From an uncultured delta proteobacterium (lineage in GTDB: Bacteria; Desulfobacterota; Desulfobaccia; Desulfobaccales; 0-14-0-80-60-11): a stretch of 64,000 bases of DNA. This document shows, in pieces, positions 50,377-59,220 of the stretch. The stretch spans positions 2,062-66,061 of the forward strand of contig CAVPIX010000010.1 in NCBI GenBank assembly GCA_963705115.1, read 5' to 3'. Position 1 is the stretch's first letter, and each line of letters begins with the position of its first letter. Made by a program: the position numbers and the translations under genes. Below the pieces are notes generated by a model that made no database searches, was not told where the DNA came from, and saw only the letters and a list, made by a program, of their open reading frames with translations.

Positions 50377-51157
50377 AAAAACTCCACACCGCCCTGGGCC
50401 TGGATTTCGGCAGCCGCTATGCAAAACTGGTGTACTGGCGGGACGGTCAATTCACCCGCCGCCGCCTGGACAGTCTCGATTTTTACCGGGATGTTCTGGT
50501 AACCAGAGAAGGCAGGCTCCGCATCGACTGGCCGCGTCTGGGGCTGGACCAACCCCAATCCCTGGTGGTCACGGGCTACGGGAAAAACCTGCTCAAGACT
50601 ATCGGGCCCACCATCACGGAAATTCGGGCCATATTTCTGGGAGCCCGCTTTCTCACCGGCTGGGACCACTTCATCCTTCTGGAAATGGGAGGGCAGGACA
50701 CCAAGGTTTTGTATATTCGCGACGGCCGGGTCTTCGATTTTGTCACCAATGACCGCTGCGCCGCCGGCACCGGCCGTTATCTGGAAAACATGGCCCGCTT
50801 TCTCAAAATCCCCTTGCGGGATTTCAGCGGCTACCTTGAAGAGCCCATGCCCATTTCCCAAACCTGCGCCATTTTCGGGGAAAGCGAACTCATCGGCCAT
50901 CTCCTGGAGGGAGTCCCCCTGGCCCGCCTGGCCGCGGGGGTGAACGCCTCGGTGAGCCGCCGGGCCCTGGCCATGATGCACCGCTACGCCTGCCCCCGCT
51001 TGGTTTTTGTGGGGGGCGTGGCCCGCAACCGGGCCGTAGTCCATTTTCTCCGGGAGGGCAGCGCCTGCCGGGTGCTGGTCCCCCCTATCCCCAATTCACC
51101 GGGGCCCTGGGTTGCTGTCTGGAAGCCCTGAAACTCGCGGGGACGCCCTCGACATGA
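50310..51157 (+). CDS. BadF/BadG/BcrA/BcrD-HgdC-type ATPase (archerase/activator); start uncertain, frame break near 51080
   Basis: It has LGLDFGSRYAKLV (phosphate-1), VTGYG, EIRA, DRCAAGTGRYLE (cluster Cys) and VFVGGVARN. The C-terminus PQFTGALGCCLEALK is reached only after a 1-nt shift. The only ATG lies inside a repeat element. Confidence 0.7.
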
Positions 51158-52134
51158 CCCATCTCCCCGCCGACGATCCTTTGGCTCAGGTTCTCCTGAG
51201 CCACCTGGGCGCGGACTTGGAACAAGGCCTCTCCATGGAGCGCCTGCGGGCTTCCCGGCCGGTGTTCCGTTTTTCCTTGCCCGGTGATGGCCTGGGCTTG
51301 GTGGGAAAATATTTTCATGACCAAGTTCCCGAAAGCCCCCAGGACAGGTCTTTGGCCCGGGAATACCAAAAGTATTTGGGAGCCCCGGCCAAGGAATTGG
51401 CTGCGGCCGGTCTCATCCCCCGGTTGGTGGGTCAGTCCCCCGATGTCCGTCTGGGCCTCCTCCTCGAGGGCGTACCCGGCCCCGATCTGGACCATTACCT
51501 GGCGAAGGCGGCGCTGGGCGGTGACCAGGCGTCGTGCCTGCCCCAGCTGGCCCGGCTGGCGGCACTCCTGGCCTTTTTCCACAACCGGCCGCGGCCCCCT
51601 GAGCCCGTCTCCCCTGAGCCGGTAGTGGCTTATTTCCAGAAACTTCGGGGTCAACTCCAGGCCCAGGGCCTGCTCTCCACAGAAGACGCGACCTCCCTGG
51701 CGGAAGAAAGCCGGGCCTGGGAGGCCCGTTGGGGAGCCTACGCCGACCGGCAGGTGCTCCTCCACGGGGACGCCACCCCCACCAACTTCCTGTTCCCCGA
51801 TGAACGGGTGGTGGCCATTGACCTGGAACGGCTGCGGCCCGGAGATCGGCTGTTCGATCTCTCCTGGGTGGCCGGCGAAATTCGCCACGCCTGGGGTTGG
51901 CGGGGTCGCAGTTTCGAGGACAGCGAGCCGGCCATTGAGCATTTTTTTCGGACGTACCTTGCCGCGCTGCCCGCCGAGGCCCGCCTGACCACAAGAATCT
52001 TTGCCCTGAACCCCTGGTACATGGCTTTGGCGGAACTGCGCATCGCCCGCAATGCCTATCTTTCCTGGGAGTACCGCCGGGCCCTGGTGGCGGAGGCCCG
52101 GCGTTGCCTTGAATATGGCCGGAGGTTGCCATGA
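51154..52134 (+). CDS. aminoglycoside-phosphotransferase/choline-kinase-fold small-molecule kinase
   Basis: It has LLHGDATPTNFLF (HGDxxxxN catalytic loop) and AIDLERL (metal-binding D). ATGA overlaps occur at both ends. Confidence 0.7.
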   Translation: MTHLPADDPLAQVLLSHLGADLEQGLSMERLRASRPVFRFSLPGDGLGLVGKYFHDQVPESPQDRSLAREYQKYLGAPAKELAAAGLIPRLVGQSPDVRLGLLLEGVPGPDLDHYLAKAALGGDQASCLPQLARLAALLAFFHNRPRPPEPVSPEPVVAYFQKLRGQLQAQGLLSTEDATSLAEESRAWEARWGAYADRQVLLHGDATPTNFLFPDERVVAIDLERLRPGDRLFDLSWVAGEIRHAWGWRGRSFEDSEPAIEHFFRTYLAALPAEARLTTRIFALNPWYMALAELRIARNAYLSWEYRRALVAEARRCLEYGRRLP

Positions 52135-53495
52135 AAACCCTGCTCATCGTGGCGGGCTCGGACCCGGGTGCCGGGGCCGGCCTGCAACAGGACCTGAAAA
52201 CGGCCACCTTGCTGGGAGTCTATGGGCTCACGGTGGTCACCGCTCTCACCGTGCAAAACAGTCTGGGGTTGCAAATGGTGCAGCCGGTGGCCCCGGAGTT
52301 GGTGGACGCGCAACTGGCCGCGGTTCTGGAGGATTTTCCGGTAAATGCCATCAAGATCGGCATGCTGGCCACGGGAGCCAATGTCAGGGCGGTGGCCCGG
52401 CGGCTTCAGGACTTGACGGAGAAGCCCCCCCTCGTTTTGGACCCCGTGTTGGCCGCGGGCCGGGGCGGCGCGCTCCTCGAGGAAGATGGGATTGACCTCC
52501 TCAAAGAAGAATTATTCCCAATCGCCACCGTTCTCACCCCCAATGTCCCCGAGGCGGCGCGGCTGACCGGTATGGCCATTGAAAACCCGGAGCATCTGGA
52601 GGAGGCCGCCCGGCGTCTGCAAGCCCTGGGGCCGGCCTGGGTTTTGGCCAAGGGCGGGCACCTGGCGGGGGATCCGGTGGACGTACTCACCGACGGCCAA
52701 AACGCCTACCACCTGCCGGGAGCCAGGCTGGCCGCGCCCCACAACCACGGCTCCGGATGCCTTCTGGCCACGGCCCTGGCCGCGCACCTGGCCCAGGGCC
52801 TTACCGTGCCGGAGGCGGTGAATCAGGGCCGATCTTTGGTGACTGCGGCCCTGCGCCACGGCCTCCCCCTGGGCCGGGGGGTGGGGCCGGTGAATCTCTA
52901 TGCGCCCTTTGCCCGGGAAATGGCCAGGTATGGGGTAATGGAGCATTTGCAGGCCGCGGCGGCGCGTCTTGTCCGGGAAGATATCTCGCTTCTCATCCCC
53001 GAGGTCATGAGTAACCTGGGCTACGCCCTGCCTTATGCCGAAGGCCCTGAGCATGTGGCTGCGTTCCCGGGGCGTCTCCTCAAGACCCCCCAAGGAACCC
53101 TGGCGCCCACGCCGCCTGCCTTCGGGGCCTCCCGGCATATCGCCGGCCTTATCCTCACGGTAATGGCAAGATTTCCCCACCTGCGGGCCGCCATGAATAT
53201 CCGGTATGTGGAGGGGATTGAGGCTTTGGCCCCCCTCCTGCACCTGCGGCTGGGCAGCTTCGACCGGGCCCAGGAGCCTCCGGCAGTCAAGGGCAGGGAG
53301 GGCGGCACCCTGGTCTGGGGTGTGACCTTCGTACTGGATAACTTGCAGCCCTGGGAGCAGCCCCCGGACCTCATCGCCGACCGGGGGGAAGTGGGCAAGG
53401 AGGCCATGCTCCGCATCCTGGGAGAGAGCCCCATGCAGGTGGCGGAAAAAGCCCTGGCCCTTAAAAACGCCTTGCAGGCTGCGGGGAAGCTCTAA
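52131..53495 (+). CDS. thiDN: bifunctional ThiD (HMP/HMP-P kinase) - ThiN (thiamine-phosphate synthase) fusion
   Basis: The N-terminal half has VAGSDPGAGAGLQQDLKT and GHL..DPVDVL....HGSGC. The C-terminal ~190 aa (LIPEVMSNLGYAL...AFGASRHIA...GTLVWG) match the archaeal-type ThiN domain. Confidence 0.8.
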   Translation: MKTLLIVAGSDPGAGAGLQQDLKTATLLGVYGLTVVTALTVQNSLGLQMVQPVAPELVDAQLAAVLEDFPVNAIKIGMLATGANVRAVARRLQDLTEKPPLVLDPVLAAGRGGALLEEDGIDLLKEELFPIATVLTPNVPEAARLTGMAIENPEHLEEAARRLQALGPAWVLAKGGHLAGDPVDVLTDGQNAYHLPGARLAAPHNHGSGCLLATALAAHLAQGLTVPEAVNQGRSLVTAALRHGLPLGRGVGPVNLYAPFAREMARYGVMEHLQAAAARLVREDISLLIPEVMSNLGYALPYAEGPEHVAAFPGRLLKTPQGTLAPTPPAFGASRHIAGLILTVMARFPHLRAAMNIRYVEGIEALAPLLHLRLGSFDRAQEPPAVKGREGGTLVWGVTFVLDNLQPWEQPPDLIADRGEVGKEAMLRILGESPMQVAEKALALKNALQAAGKL

Positions 53496-53555
53496 CAGAA
53501 GATTGAAAAAGACAGCTATTCAGGATTATCAAAGATAAAAAGTATAATCTATTGA

Positions 53556-53679
53556 GCCTCTTGCAAAATTCATCTAAAGGCTGAAGATTTTTCTTGGTTG
53601 ATAAATTACCACCAGGTGGCACAGGTTTCAAGCCTGTGTAAGCGCAGGCTGAAGCCTGCGGCTACATTTTGCAAGAGGC
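53556..53679. mobile_element. 124-bp MITE-like element with 14-bp terminal inverted repeats and 8-bp direct flanking duplication
   Basis: The TIRs are GCCTCTTGCAAAAT (53556-53569) and ATTTTGCAAGAGGC (53666-53679). Identical TCTATTGA lies immediately outside both ends (53548-53555, 53680-53687). The interior carries a two-hairpin module also found at three other sites. Confidence 0.7.
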
Positions 53680-53736
53680 TCTATTGAATACACGATATTA
53701 ATTTTAATAATTATTGAAAGATCAAGGGGCACTTTA

Positions 53737-54456
53737 ATGTCAGCTTCGGAAGTTTCAATGCAAATCCTGCAGAAGGTGTGGCAGTTCATGCAAGGATTGA
53801 ATCTGCAGCCGATCGCTACATTACTTGCTGCATTTTCAGGTACTTGGTTTGCCTATAGACTCCAGGACAGAGCAAAAGCACGGGAGGAGAAGGCTTCTAA
53901 CATTAGTGCAGCAAATCGAGCGTTGTTTACAATTTTTCAGCAGATTAACAGCCTAAAAGTGTTTCAGCTGGATATCATAGATCCTGTGAGAAAACATCCC
54001 CTGAAATTTATAGCTATGCGACCTGTTCTAAATGAGAAATATGAGGACATTCAGTTTGATTTTCATAGCCTCGAATTTCTCTTAAACACTAAACACAAAC
54101 AAATATTGCTTGATCTATTTGTTGAACAACAGAGATTTCACGGGGCAATTAATGCCATCAATTACCGCAGCGAACTGCATTTTGAAGCGCAACCAGCTTT
54201 TGAGCGTATTGGAATCAAAGAGGACGTAGATTACCCCCCGGAAACCTTGATCAAAGCTTTGAAAGAAGCTCTTGGGCCGAGGCTTTACAAGTCGCTGCAA
54301 AGTGTTACCGACCAAGTCGTCTACCAGGTGGATCCTACGGTCGGATCGCTCGAAGAGATCAAGGAGAAAATGATCAAGGCCGTCAAGGAGTTGTATCCAG
54401 AAGGTGACTTTTTGAACTTCAAACCACTTGATAAGCCTGCCACTAATCATCTGTAG
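53737..54456 (+). CDS. hypothetical protein, one N-terminal TM helix, AT-rich orphan
   Basis: The 239-aa ORF has a predicted TM segment (LQPIATLLAAFSGTWFAY) followed by helical content. It is noticeably more AT-rich than its neighbours. No motif was recognised. Confidence 0.4.
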   Translation: MSASEVSMQILQKVWQFMQGLNLQPIATLLAAFSGTWFAYRLQDRAKAREEKASNISAANRALFTIFQQINSLKVFQLDIIDPVRKHPLKFIAMRPVLNEKYEDIQFDFHSLEFLLNTKHKQILLDLFVEQQRFHGAINAINYRSELHFEAQPAFERIGIKEDVDYPPETLIKALKEALGPRLYKSLQSVTDQVVYQVDPTVGSLEEIKEKMIKAVKELYPEGDFLNFKPLDKPATNHL

Positions 54457-54623
54457 GATGATGGCCTGCAGTCTCCTGCTTCTAACCATCCTTAAGACCA
54501 GCCTATAGTCTCACTTTGAACAGAAGGGAAAAGGGAATTGAGGTCCCCAACCTCCCCCGCACCCCCATCTCAACCCGCAAAGCGAAACCTGAAAGGCAGG
54601 CCGTTGGACCGACTTTCCGGCCA

Positions 54624-56011
54624 TCATTCAAAAGTTTTGCCTCTCTCCCCGAGGAATTCATTAATCCCGGCACCGCCCTGATCCCTGAGCCAGTGCGCCA
54701 TTTCCCTGAATCCCGCCTCAAGGAGACGTTTGGCCGCGGGAGCACGCCTCGAAATTTCCTGGGGTTGGGTTCCCCAAGGTACAGTCGCGCTAGCATCTCC
54801 TGGGGGGTTTCCTCCCAGGTTTTCACGGCCAGGCCCAGGGCCCTGAGATTGCGGCCCTTCACCCGGTGGCGCAAGACCTCTGTGCCGGAAAGGGCATCTA
54901 CCCGGTAGTCCCGGCCTCGGTCCCACCCCAGGCGGTGCAGCGCGGCCCGGCGCACCAGGCAGGGGTAGCAATAGCCGCAGGCCCCGGCGGGCTCTTTTTG
55001 CCAACGGCCCGCCACCGGCCGGGCGCAGGAGATGCTCAAGGGGGCCAATTTCTCCAGCAAACTCAAATTGCGGCATTGGGCCAGCATCTCTCCCTTGGTC
55101 AGACCCTCATAAGGATTGTTAGTCTCCTGGTTTATGCCAATCTCCCTCCACAAGGCCGCCAGTTCCCCGAGAAAATGGGGATGGGTGGTGCGGGTGCTGT
55201 AGGTCCCCAGGCGATTCAAGGTGAGGGGCGGGTTGAGGCTAATCCAGCCGTTTTCGGGGATAAAAAGGGAAATCTGACCGGGGAAGGCGACGGCTGTGGT
55301 TAAACCCAGAGCCAGGTAAAGCAGGGAGCGGCTCCGCAGGCTGAGCTCCGGCCCCTCGAACTGCACCCTAAGCGCCAGGTGATGAAGACGCTCCGATCCA
55401 TAATGCCGGGTAAGCTCGTCAGCCAGGGTTTGTTGGGTGGCGGCCAACTGACCATAGTCGTAGTGACTCACCAGGATTAAGCGGTGGCCCGCTTCCAAGA
55501 GGTCGATGGCCCCGGTGAGGGAGTCCAATCCCCCCGAAAAGAGGGCTACCGCGGTGGGCTGCCAGGCATGGGGCCAGGCGCCGTCGAAGGGAATCTCCAC
55601 CGGGGCTTCCCGGGGCCTGATAGTCCAGGCGTCACCGGTGAGGAAATGCAGAAGTTTCCCCAAACCTGGGGCCAAGCCGGCCCAGGCGGCGGTCATGGGG
55701 ACATCCACTATTATTTCCCGGCTCCAGGCGTCCGGCTGGAGGGCCCGAGGCACGAGTTTGTCCGCGGCCCAGACCCCTAAAGCGAACAGGAGAAAGGCCT
55801 GGATCTGCTCTTTGTTCTTAGCCGGCAGAGGCCAGAATCGGTGGAAATTGTGGTGTAATGAAAGGCCTGAGGTCGAAGATTCGCCCAAATGGACAACTGC
55901 ATCAGACTTCCGGGGCGGCCGCCTTTTTTCTTGAGGGGCTTGCAAGGAGAGAGAAAAAGGTCTTGCCGGGGAGTGCTTAGTAGAGTCAGCCACGGGAGAA
56001 TTGCCGGCCAT
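54624..56011 (-). CDS. QueC-like PP-loop protein with N-terminal extension, QatC/Cap9-like (frame break near 54762)
   Basis: It has the PP-loop ALFSGGLDSLTGA, ENGWISLNPP, and the Cys cluster SCARP...CGYCYPCLVRR. The plausible C-terminus ...QEISRRAPAAKRLLEAGFREMAHWLRDQGGAGINEFL* lies in the adjacent frame (ORF 54624..55076). The in-frame tail only translates a repeat. Confidence 0.55.
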
Positions 56012-56041
56012 TTACGGGGTTTGGGCTTAAAAAGTTCAAGG

Positions 56042-56177
56042 TTGAGATCTCTGCGCAAATCCTAAAAACTGTCATTCTGAGGGAGCGGAGTGACCGAAGA
56101 ATCTGATAACTATTTGAAAAGATGAGATCCTTCGCTGCGCTCAGGATGACAAAAATGCATTTCGCAGAGGTCTCAAG
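56042..56177. repeat. nested inverted-repeat element bounded by 12-nt direct repeats
   Basis: The outer arms are TTGAGATCTCTGCGCAAAT / ATTTCGCAGAGGTCTCAA. The inner arms are TGTCATTCTGAGGGAGCGGAGTGACCGAAGAATC / GAGATCCTTCGCTGCGCTCAGGATGACA. AAGTTCAAGGTT occurs at 56032-56043 and 56182-56193. Confidence 0.7.
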
Positions 56178-56312
56178 TTTAAAGTTCAAGGTTCAAAGTT
56201 AAAATAAGTCGTAGCGGGAAAGCGCTGCGCCTCCCGCCTTCAGGCGCTCGGCGCCACCGAATGGCGGGTACGGAGGCCCTCTTACCGACCTTGAAACACG
56301 GAACCTTTATCC

Positions 56313-56792
56313 CTACTCCTGCAACCTCATGGGGTCCCAGGCATAGGCGTAAATCAGGGCGTCTTCGCCGTTGTCGGTGTAATAACCGGAGCGGAGTCCG
56401 ACCTCGTTGAAGCCAAAGGATTGGTACAGGGCCAACGCGGCCCGGTTGGAAGGCCGCACCTCCAGCCACACCACCTCCACCCCCTGGCTGCGGGCCTGGT
56501 CCAGGGCCGTGGTCAGCAGAACCCGGGATATGCCCCGGCGGCGGTGGACCGGATGGACGGCCAGATTGAGCAGGTGCATTTCATCGGCTATGACCCAGAA
56601 GATGATATAGCCCCAGGTTTCCCAGGTTTCAGGGGGAGGCGGGCCGGCTACCAAGATCGTGCTTTTGGAGTTGGCGTATTCCGCCAGGAAGCACCACAGG
56701 GACCATGGAGAGGCATAAGAAAGCTTTTCAATTTCCCAGACCGCCTTAACATCAATGATACCTACCCGCCGGATGGAGGGAGGTGAAGTCAT
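56313..56792 (-). CDS. rimI: ribosomal-protein-alanine N-acetyltransferase (GNAT)
   Basis: It has AVHPVHRRRGISRVLL (the GNAT Q/RxxGxG/A motif) and LEVRPSNRAALALYQSFGF. Confidence 0.75.
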   Translation of the reverse strand: MTSPPSIRRVGIIDVKAVWEIEKLSYASPWSLWCFLAEYANSKSTILVAGPPPPETWETWGYIIFWVIADEMHLLNLAVHPVHRRRGISRVLLTTALDQARSQGVEVVWLEVRPSNRAALALYQSFGFNEVGLRSGYYTDNGEDALIYAYAWDPMRLQE

Positions 56793-57190
56793 TTGCGGTG
56801 AAGAACCTCACTGGCCACCGTGATGCCATGCTGTCCGGACTTTCTGAGGGCCGAGGCCACTTCCTTCAGGTCTTTGGCTTCCCGGAGGTGGGCCAGTTTC
56901 ATGAGCATGGGCAGGTTCACCCCGGTGACTACCTCCACCTTGCCCTCTTGGAGAAAAGACAGGCTCAGGTTGGAGGGGGTGCCCCCCAGCATGTCCGTCA
57001 AAATAATGACCCCCTGGCCGTTGTTCACCCGGTTCAACCCCGATTTAATCTGCTCCATGGAGGTTTCCGGAGATTCGCTGGGGTCCAGGGAAACCGCCAC
57101 CATGCCTTCCTGGCGGCCGATGATCAGATAGCATACAGAAATCAATGCTTCGGCAAGTTCCCGGTGAGTAACGATCAACACGCCGATCAT
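56789..57190 (-). CDS. PTS EIIA component, mannose/fructose family
   Basis: It has MIGVLIVTHRELAEAL (active-site His), ILTDMLGGTPSN and VTGVNLPML. Confidence 0.8.
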   Translation of the reverse strand: MIGVLIVTHRELAEALISVCYLIIGRQEGMVAVSLDPSESPETSMEQIKSGLNRVNNGQGVIILTDMLGGTPSNLSLSFLQEGKVEVVTGVNLPMLMKLAHLREAKDLKEVASALRKSGQHGITVASEVLHRK

Positions 57191-58128
57191 TCATTAACCT
57201 CCTGCTGCGCCATGTCCCGATGAGTCAGGGTGAAGGGCAGGTTTTCCTGGGACAGATGCTCCCCCAGCACGTTGGCGATGACCACGGAGCGGTGTTGGCC
57301 GCCGGTGCAGCCAATGGCCAGGGTGAGGTGGGTCTTCCCCTCCCGCTGAAATCTGGGAAGCAGAAAATCCAGGAACCCATGAAATGCATTGAGGAAAGCC
57401 AGGGTCTCCTCCTGTCCCAGGACAAATTCCCGGACCCGGGGCTCATTGCCGGTGAGGGGCCTCAATTCTTCCACGAAATACGGATTGGGCAGAAAGCGCA
57501 CGTCCATGACCAGGTCGGCTTCCGGCGGGATGCCCCGTTTATACGAAAAAGAAATGAGATGCAGGAGCATGCGCTGGCGGGGCTCCACTTCAGAATACTC
57601 GTCCAGGATCAGTTTACGCAGTTGATGGGGGTTGTAAAGGGAGGTGTCCAGGATGCGGTGCGCCATTTTTCTGACACCCTGCAGGGACTCCCGTTCCTGG
57701 CGCAGGGCCTGTGCTATGGATTCCCGGTCCGCCAGGGGATGCTGCCGCCGGGTTTGGCTGAAGCGGCGCAACAGTACCCGTTCATCGGCCTCGAGAAACA
57801 GGAGGTGAAGCACATAGCCCTGGCGTTGCAGGCGCTGGCACACCCGGCTGTAATTTTGCAGAAAGCCCGAGGTGCGAACATCCATGACCAGGGCAATCTT
57901 CCGGGTAGTCTGGGATGAGTGGTCCACCTCCTTCAGGAAAGGGGGCAGCAGGCTTAAGGGCAGGTTGTCCACGCAGGTGAAGCCGGCATCCTCCAGGGAC
58001 CGCAGCACGGTGCTTTTGCCCGAGCCGGAGAGACCGGTGATGATCAGGACGGTGGGGAGAGCAGTTGGGGATGATGGGCCAACCTGGGAGGGTGGCGATT
58101 GGCTCTTTTTACCCTTGGAGGTCGTCAT
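57187..58128 (-). CDS. rapZ: RNase adapter protein RapZ (YhbJ)
   Basis: It has ITGLSGSGKST (Walker A), DVRFLPNPY and IGCTGGQHRSV. The start is chosen at MTTSKGKK (58128). Confidence 0.9.
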   Translation of the reverse strand: MTTSKGKKSQSPPSQVGPSSPTALPTVLIITGLSGSGKSTVLRSLEDAGFTCVDNLPLSLLPPFLKEVDHSSQTTRKIALVMDVRTSGFLQNYSRVCQRLQRQGYVLHLLFLEADERVLLRRFSQTRRQHPLADRESIAQALRQERESLQGVRKMAHRILDTSLYNPHQLRKLILDEYSEVEPRQRMLLHLISFSYKRGIPPEADLVMDVRFLPNPYFVEELRPLTGNEPRVREFVLGQEETLAFLNAFHGFLDFLLPRFQREGKTHLTLAIGCTGGQHRSVVIANVLGEHLSQENLPFTLTHRDMAQQEVNE

Positions 58129-58180
58129 GGCAACGGGCGCATCGTGGTTCCCCGGGGAAGCAGTGAGCCGCCGAATTCTC

Positions 58181-58642
58181 TCAAATTTCCTCGTCTTGTG
58201 CCGCCAATAACTGATGAATGTCCCGTGCCTGGTTGGCCTCCATGAGCTTTTCCCGGAAAGGCGCGCTGATAAGCAGGCGGGAAATTTTGGCCAGGGCCTT
58301 AAGATGCAGGCCCGCGGCGTTGGTGGGCGCCAGCAGCAGGAAAAAGAGCTGGGAAGGCCTGCCGTCCACCGCCTCAAAATCCACGCCTTTCAGGCTGCGG
58401 CCGAAAGCCAACTTGAGCCCTGAGAGTTTGGCCAGCTTCCCGTGAGGAATGGCAACGCTGTCGCCGATGCCGGTGCTGCCCAGACGCTCACGTTCCATGA
58501 GAACTTCCACCACTGCGTCCAGGTCCAGGCCGTCGGGCCCGGGCACCAGGGTGGCGGCCAGTTCCCTGAGAACGCCCACTTTATCGGTGGCCGCCAGATC
58601 CGGGAGTATGGCCTGCGGGTCCAACAACTCAATTATTTTCAT
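58181..58642 (-). CDS. ptsN: nitrogen-related PTS EIIA (PtsN)
   Basis: It has STGIGDSVAIPHGK (phosphorylatable His) and sits in the rpoN operon. Confidence 0.85.
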   Translation of the reverse strand: MKIIELLDPQAILPDLAATDKVGVLRELAATLVPGPDGLDLDAVVEVLMERERLGSTGIGDSVAIPHGKLAKLSGLKLAFGRSLKGVDFEAVDGRPSQLFFLLLAPTNAAGLHLKALAKISRLLISAPFREKLMEANQARDIHQLLAAQDEEI

Positions 58643-58654
58643 AAGGGCGGGGTC

Positions 58655-59179
58655 CTACCCCAATTCAGGCTCGGCCAGGGCCAAACCGCCGTCAGCGCGC
58701 CTGTACAGGATGGACAGGGCCCCGGTTTTGACATCGGTGAAGACCAGGATGGCGCTGCCCTTGGTCTGGAGCATCTCCACGGCGTCGGCCAGTTGCAGGG
58801 GCGGCACGTCCACCTTTTTGCGTTTGATGGGGGGCAGGCCCCGGGGTTCTTCCCGCTCCGCCGGAGCCGCCGCGGCCCGGCTCCGGTCCCCTTTGGGATC
58901 CCGGAGTTTATCCCGATGCTTTTTCAGCTGCATGTCAAGCTTGTCCATCACCAAGTCGATGGCGGCATACATGTCGACGTTTTCTTCCCGGCCCTTGATG
59001 AGGCGGCCGTTGCTGTTGATGGACACGTCCGCCAGGTGCCGGAATTTCTCCAGTCCCAGGACCACGTGGGCCTCCAGGGGGCCGTCCAGATAGCGTTTGA
59101 ATTTCTTCAGACGTTCAGTGACATAGTTTTTAAGGGCCTCAGAGGGTTCGAGTTGTCTGAATGTCACGGAAATTTGCAT
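58655..59179 (-). CDS. hpf: ribosome hibernation promoting factor (long HPF / sigma-54 modulation protein)
   Basis: It has MQISVTFRQLEPSEALKNYV..KL.KF, plus a C-terminal dimerisation domain. It lies immediately downstream of rpoN. Confidence 0.85.
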   Translation of the reverse strand: MQISVTFRQLEPSEALKNYVTERLKKFKRYLDGPLEAHVVLGLEKFRHLADVSINSNGRLIKGREENVDMYAAIDLVMDKLDMQLKKHRDKLRDPKGDRSRAAAAPAEREEPRGLPPIKRKKVDVPPLQLADAVEMLQTKGSAILVFTDVKTGALSILYRRADGGLALAEPELG

Positions 59180-59220
59180 GCAATCCTCCACACAGTTTGC
59201 GGTTAGCCGAATCCGGGAGA

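Noticed and set aside
50019-51044. 341-aa minus-strand ORF
   Set aside because: It is antisense to the activator ATPase gene and runs through a repeat element.
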